Assembly: GCA_038126235.1 (NCBI GenBank)
Contig: JAYPFK010000035.1
Coordinates: forward strand, 7,982 to 71,981
DNA: 64,000 nt
Direction: 5' to 3'
Origin: Verrucomicrobiales bacterium
GTDB taxonomy: Bacteria > Verrucomicrobiota > Verrucomicrobiia > Limisphaerales > JAYPEY01
Shown: positions 60,180 to 64,000 of the stretch, piece by piece
Layout of the letters: every line of letters starts with the position of its first letter
How positions within the stretch are numbered: position 1 is the stretch's first letter
Position numbers and translations under genes: made by a program
The notes under the pieces: generated by a model
Database searches by the model: none
Told to the model about the DNA's origin: nothing
The model's input: the letters and a program-made list of their open reading frames with translations, nothing else

Positions 60180-62123
60180 TCAAATCTCCTTGCCGGTGAG
60201 GGCGCGTTTGTCGCCGTCGCGTTTGGTGACGCCTTCGCGGTCGAACTTTTCCAGGACGGGCATGACGATGCGGCGGCTGGCTCCGACGGCCTGCCGGAGT
60301 TCGCTGACGGTCGCCGGGCCGTTGCGCTTGATCCAGTCCACAATCCCGGTCGTCATGCCTTGGTAGACGGATTTAAGGATGACGATATCGGCGCACAGTT
60401 CGACGACTTCGCCGGTGTTGAGGAGGAATTTCATGACCTCCTGGGATTCGGCGTCCGGGGCGAGTTCCTTGCGTCCGGGCGGTTCAGTGGGCTTGGCGTT
60501 CAGCCCGGCTCGAATCTTGGCGGCGGCCGCCTTGAGGCGATCGGGCAGGGCGGGTGTGTGGGTCTTGCGCGCCAGGACGGTTCCCCGCTTTTCAAATTCC
60601 GATTCGCAGAGGTCGCCGAGAAGGAGGTCGACCGCGTCAGGCGAACCGAGTTGCTCGATGAGAGCGGCGCGGGATTCGGTCAGGGGGAGTCCGGGAAGCT
60701 CCGGGTGGGCGGCGTGGAAGGCGTTGATCAGGTCCGCGAGAGTTGCGCCGGCGGCGCGCCAGGCATCCTGATCGGCGACGATGCCCTCGCGCTCGACGAG
60801 TTTCCCCTCCGCGATCAACTCGCCCAAGGCTTGGCGGACGGCGTTCGGGCCGAAACGCGATTGGTGAAGGACCCGCTCCGCCTTGGCGGCGGTGTCACGG
60901 CTCAGTTGGCTGGCGGTCCAGACGCGAAGGTCATCCGGTTCCCCGGCGCGGGCTTCCAGCAGGGAGCGCTGGGCCTGGCTGCGGAAACGTCTGCGATTGG
61001 CGCGTTCATCGAGTATCCGGCCGCCGGCAAGGGTCGCCTGCTCAGACCAGTCGCGGACGATGAAGCGGTCCCCGGCGGCGGCGAAAACCGGGCGTTCAAA
61101 GCGCAGTTCGGCGATGTCCGATTCGCCGGGCAGCAGTTCCTTGCGGTCGAGCAAGAGGACGCGCGCGGGGTGGTTGCCGCTGCCCATGTGGACGCGGACG
61201 CGGGTGTTGTTCTTGAGTGGGCGGTTGACGCTGTACTGGCCGCTGTCGAGCCGCGGTGAGCGCTCGATCCAGACATCGAGGGCGTCGGAGGTTTCGCCGG
61301 CGTCGGGCAGGGTGACAATGTCGCCGCGTTGCACGCCCTCGGCGCCGTGGGAAGTGTCATGTCCGAGGTCGGGAAGATTGACCGCCGTGCGTGTGCCGGG
61401 GCCCACGGATTCCACGTCCGCGTTGTGCGCCTGGATGCTGCGCAGCCGGCTGGTCGCGCCGGAGGGTTGCAGGGCGACGGTCTGGCCCTTGGTCAAGGTC
61501 CCGCCGGTGAGCGTGCCGGTGACGACGGTGCCGATGCCCCTCAAGGTAAAAACCCGATCGACCGGCAGGCGCGGGCGTCCGATGTCGGCCGGCGGCGGCG
61601 TGTCGGCGAGCACATCAAGCAGCGCCTGTTTGAGTTCGGGGATGCCGACGCCGGTCGTGACGGAGGTTCCGATGATGGGGGCTTCGGCGAAGGGGGTTCC
61701 GGCGAGTTCCTCGCGGACCATCTCGACCGCGAGTTCCGCGTCCGCGTCGGGCAGGTCGATCTTGGTCAAGGCCACCACGGCCTTCGTCACGCCGAGATAG
61801 GCGAGGATCTGCGCGTGTTCCTCGGTCTGGGGCATCCAGGAGTCGTCCGCCGCGACGACGATCAACGCCAGGTCGATGGAGCCGACGCCGGCGACCATGT
61901 TCTTCACGAAGTCTTCATGGCCCGGCACGTCGATGATGCCGAGTCGGTATTGCTTGTCCCCGGAATCGAGGTCCAGGGAGGCGAAGCCCAGATCGATGGT
62001 GATGCCGCGCTCCTTCTCCTCGGGCAGGCGGTCAGGATCGATCTGGGTCAGGGCCTTGATCAGCGAACTCTTGCCGTGGTCGACATGGCCGGCGGTGGCG
62101 AGGATGTAGTTGGCGGCGCTCAA
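60180..62123 (-). CDS. selB: Selenocysteine-specific elongation factor
   Basis: [33 protein letters not shown]-terminal winged-helix region; overlaps the selA stop. Confidence 0.96.
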   Translation of the reverse strand: MSAANYILATAGHVDHGKSSLIKALTQIDPDRLPEEKERGITIDLGFASLDLDSGDKQYRLGIIDVPGHEDFVKNMVAGVGSIDLALIVVAADDSWMPQTEEHAQILAYLGVTKAVVALTKIDLPDADAELAVEMVREELAGTPFAEAPIIGTSVTTGVGIPELKQALLDVLADTPPPADIGRPRLPVDRVFTLRGIGTVVTGTLTGGTLTKGQTVALQPSGATSRLRSIQAHNADVESVGPGTRTAVNLPDLGHDTSHGAEGVQRGDIVTLPDAGETSDALDVWIERSPRLDSGQYSVNRPLKNNTRVRVHMGSGNHPARVLLLDRKELLPGESDIAELRFERPVFAAAGDRFIVRDWSEQATLAGGRILDERANRRRFRSQAQRSLLEARAGEPDDLRVWTASQLSRDTAAKAERVLHQSRFGPNAVRQALGELIAEGKLVEREGIVADQDAWRAAGATLADLINAFHAAHPELPGLPLTESRAALIEQLGSPDAVDLLLGDLCESEFEKRGTVLARKTHTPALPDRLKAAAAKIRAGLNAKPTEPPGRKELAPDAESQEVMKFLLNTGEVVELCADIVILKSVYQGMTTGIVDWIKRNGPATVSELRQAVGASRRIVMPVLEKFDREGVTKRDGDKRALTGKEI

Positions 62124-63493
62124 AGCTTTTCAATCAAGAGGTCCTTCAGCGCCTCGACGAGCACGCGGTCGTGGTGAGGGAAGACAGTGCGGAGGTCGAG
62201 GTGGAAGGCGCCGGCGCCAATGGAACCTACAATGGGAAGGCGCGACCTGCGCAGCTTCGCGGCCAGGGCGGTCGGTGTCATGGTTTCGGGTTTGATCTGG
62301 ATCGCGACCGACGGAACGGCCGAACGGGGCAGGGTTCCGCCGCCAATACGGGATTCGCCTTCGCCGATCCGGACCTTCAGGGGCAGGCCTTCCAGTTTCT
62401 TCGCGATCTTCCGGGCGCGGGTTTTCAGTTCGACCAGGTCTGTGGACAGCATCTCCAACGTGGGAATGCCGGGGGCGGCGGCTTTCTTTCCAGTTGAAGC
62501 GGCGAGGTAGGTTTCCGCGGCGGCCTGCATGGCGGCGAGGATCAGCTTGTCGCAGCGCAGGGCGCGGAAGAACGGGTTCTTCTTGAGCGCGGCGACGTGA
62601 CGTCGTCTGCCGGCGATGATGCCGGCCTGGGGGCCTCCCATGAGCTTGTCGCCGCTGAAGCAGACAAGATCGACGCCGCGCTTCAGGACCTCGGCCGGGG
62701 TGGGTTCATGCTCCACGCCGGCGAACTGCGCGGTGTCGATCAGGGCTCCGCTGCCGAGGTCCTCGACGAAGGGGACGCGCTTCTTCCGGGCGAGCGCGGC
62801 GAGTTCCTCGGTCGAGGGTGAATCGACGAAGCCGTCCATGAAGAAGTTGCTGCGGTGGACCTTGAGCAGGAGCCCGGTGTCCTTCCCGATGGCGCGTTCG
62901 TAGTCGCGCGAGGAGGTCTTGTTGGTCGCGCCAACCTCGCGGAGCGTCGCGCCGCTGGATTCCAGGATGTCGGGGATGCGGAAGCCGCCGCCGATCTGGA
63001 CCAGTTCGCCGCGCGAGATGACGACCTCCTTCCTGGCTTCGGTGAAATGTCGGAGAATGAGAACCAGGGAGGCGGCGCAGTTGTTGACGATCGTCGCGGC
63101 TTCGGCGTTGCAGAGCTGGGCGAGGCATTGTTCCAGGTAGCCGCCGCGCGCGCCGCGCCTGCCGGACTCCAGGTCGAATTCCAGGTTGCTGTAGCCGGAG
63201 CCGATCAAGGTCAGTTCCTCAGCAGCATTGGCGGGCAGCGGGGAGCGGCCGAGGTTGGTGTGGACGATCACGCCGGTCGCATTGATCACCGGTTGGATGC
63301 GGGATTGGCGAAGGGAGGCGAGGGCGTTGCGGACGCGGTCCAGGACCGCGTCGAATCCTGGGATGTCGCCGGACCTGCGGATGTCGGCCAGGAGGTCACG
63401 GACGGTCGCGACGATCAGGGGGCGGGGGAGGTTGGTTTCGCCCAGCGATTGCAGGACCTTCTCGACCGAGGGAATGTCGCGGAGCTTGGGCAT
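62120..63493 (-). CDS. selA: L-seryl-tRNA(Sec) selenium transferase
   Basis: VINATGVIVHTNLGRSP, YSNLEFDL, SRGELVQIGGGFRIPD, EDLGSG, FSGDKLMGGPQAG (PLP lysine). Confidence 0.97.
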   Translation of the reverse strand: MPKLRDIPSVEKVLQSLGETNLPRPLIVATVRDLLADIRRSGDIPGFDAVLDRVRNALASLRQSRIQPVINATGVIVHTNLGRSPLPANAAEELTLIGSGYSNLEFDLESGRRGARGGYLEQCLAQLCNAEAATIVNNCAASLVLILRHFTEARKEVVISRGELVQIGGGFRIPDILESSGATLREVGATNKTSSRDYERAIGKDTGLLLKVHRSNFFMDGFVDSPSTEELAALARKKRVPFVEDLGSGALIDTAQFAGVEHEPTPAEVLKRGVDLVCFSGDKLMGGPQAGIIAGRRRHVAALKKNPFFRALRCDKLILAAMQAAAETYLAASTGKKAAAPGIPTLEMLSTDLVELKTRARKIAKKLEGLPLKVRIGEGESRIGGGTLPRSAVPSVAIQIKPETMTPTALAAKLRRSRLPIVGSIGAGAFHLDLRTVFPHHDRVLVEALKDLLIEKL

Positions 63494-63502
63494 GGTGTCT
63501 TC

Positions 63503-64000
63503 CTACTGGACGTGCATTTTCTCGTCCTCCTCCTCGCACTCGTCCTCGTCCTCGATTTCACCGTCTTCCCCCAACTCCCCGTCGCCTCCGTCTCCGGTCC
63601 GATACTCTCCCTCATCATCCTTGAGCAGCCCGGTCTCATCGAACGTCCCCACCAATTTGGTCAGTATCGAGTAAACGCGAACCAACAACACCTTCCCTTT
63701 CTCGATTTGCCCGCTTGCGACAACCTTCTTTGCGACCAAGGCGTCAAGGCAGGCGGCACATTCGGTGATCGAACCGCGCGCGTCGTCGAAGAACTTGGCC
63801 CTCTGCTGTCGGCGGCGTTTGCCGTTGCCTTCGGCTGTGTTCAGGAGGGCGGAAAGGCTGGCGCGGTCGAGTTGGTCGCAGATTTCCCCGATTCGGACTC
63901 CTTTCTTTGGGGCGATATTCGCAAGAAGGTCGGCGGTCCAACCCACGAACTGTAATTCGAGCTGATAAACGTCGAGTTTCTCGTGGTCGAATTGGGGGCG
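63503..64000 (-). CDS. Four-helix-bundle protein (23S rRNA IVP/bAvd-like), 5' end outside the window
   Basis: Frame open to the window end: FDHEKLDVYQ...DQLDRASLSALLNTAEGNG...FFDDARGSITECAACLD; acidic tail from GAGGAC-type repeats. Confidence 0.88.
   Translation of the reverse strand, partial: RPQFDHEKLDVYQLELQFVGWTADLLANIAPKKGVRIGEICDQLDRASLSALLNTAEGNGKRRRQQRAKFFDDARGSITECAACLDALVAKKVVASGQIEKGKVLLVRVYSILTKLVGTFDETGLLKDDEGEYRTGDGGDGELGEDGEIEDEDECEEEDEKMHVQ

Overview
GC-rich bacterial chromosome segment, most likely Verrucomicrobiota/PVC group (inferred from the PVC-type heme-CxxCH protein, DUF1080 and DUF3500 proteins, three sulfatases and the REP repertoire). Core genes: ilvN-ilvC, argJ-argB-argD-argF-ispH-dgt, a sigma54 two-component pair, apbE, and the selenocysteine machinery selA-selB with selC (tRNA-Sec) 30 kb away. 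Accessory genes: a stand-alone 2361-aa PUFA-synthase-like subunit (KS-CLF-AT-DH), a B12/radical-SAM gene, and a REP-associated tyrosine transposase (RAYT) inside REP arrays. Features missing from the ORF track that I found by reading the sequence: (1) an Arg-rich 16-codon leader peptide with a hairpin in front of the arg operon, a candidate ribosome-mediated arginine attenuator; (2) a complete Val/Leu leader-peptide attenuator in front of ilvN; (3) a 75-bp palindromic repeat (25-25-25) that sits twice in frame inside the PKS gene and once between genes; (4) a UGA-recoded deiodinase-like selenoprotein with a SECIS-like hairpin just downstream of selB; (5) a tRNA-Sec with a 12-bp acceptor+T branch. 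All family assignments come from recognising motifs by eye; no searches were run.
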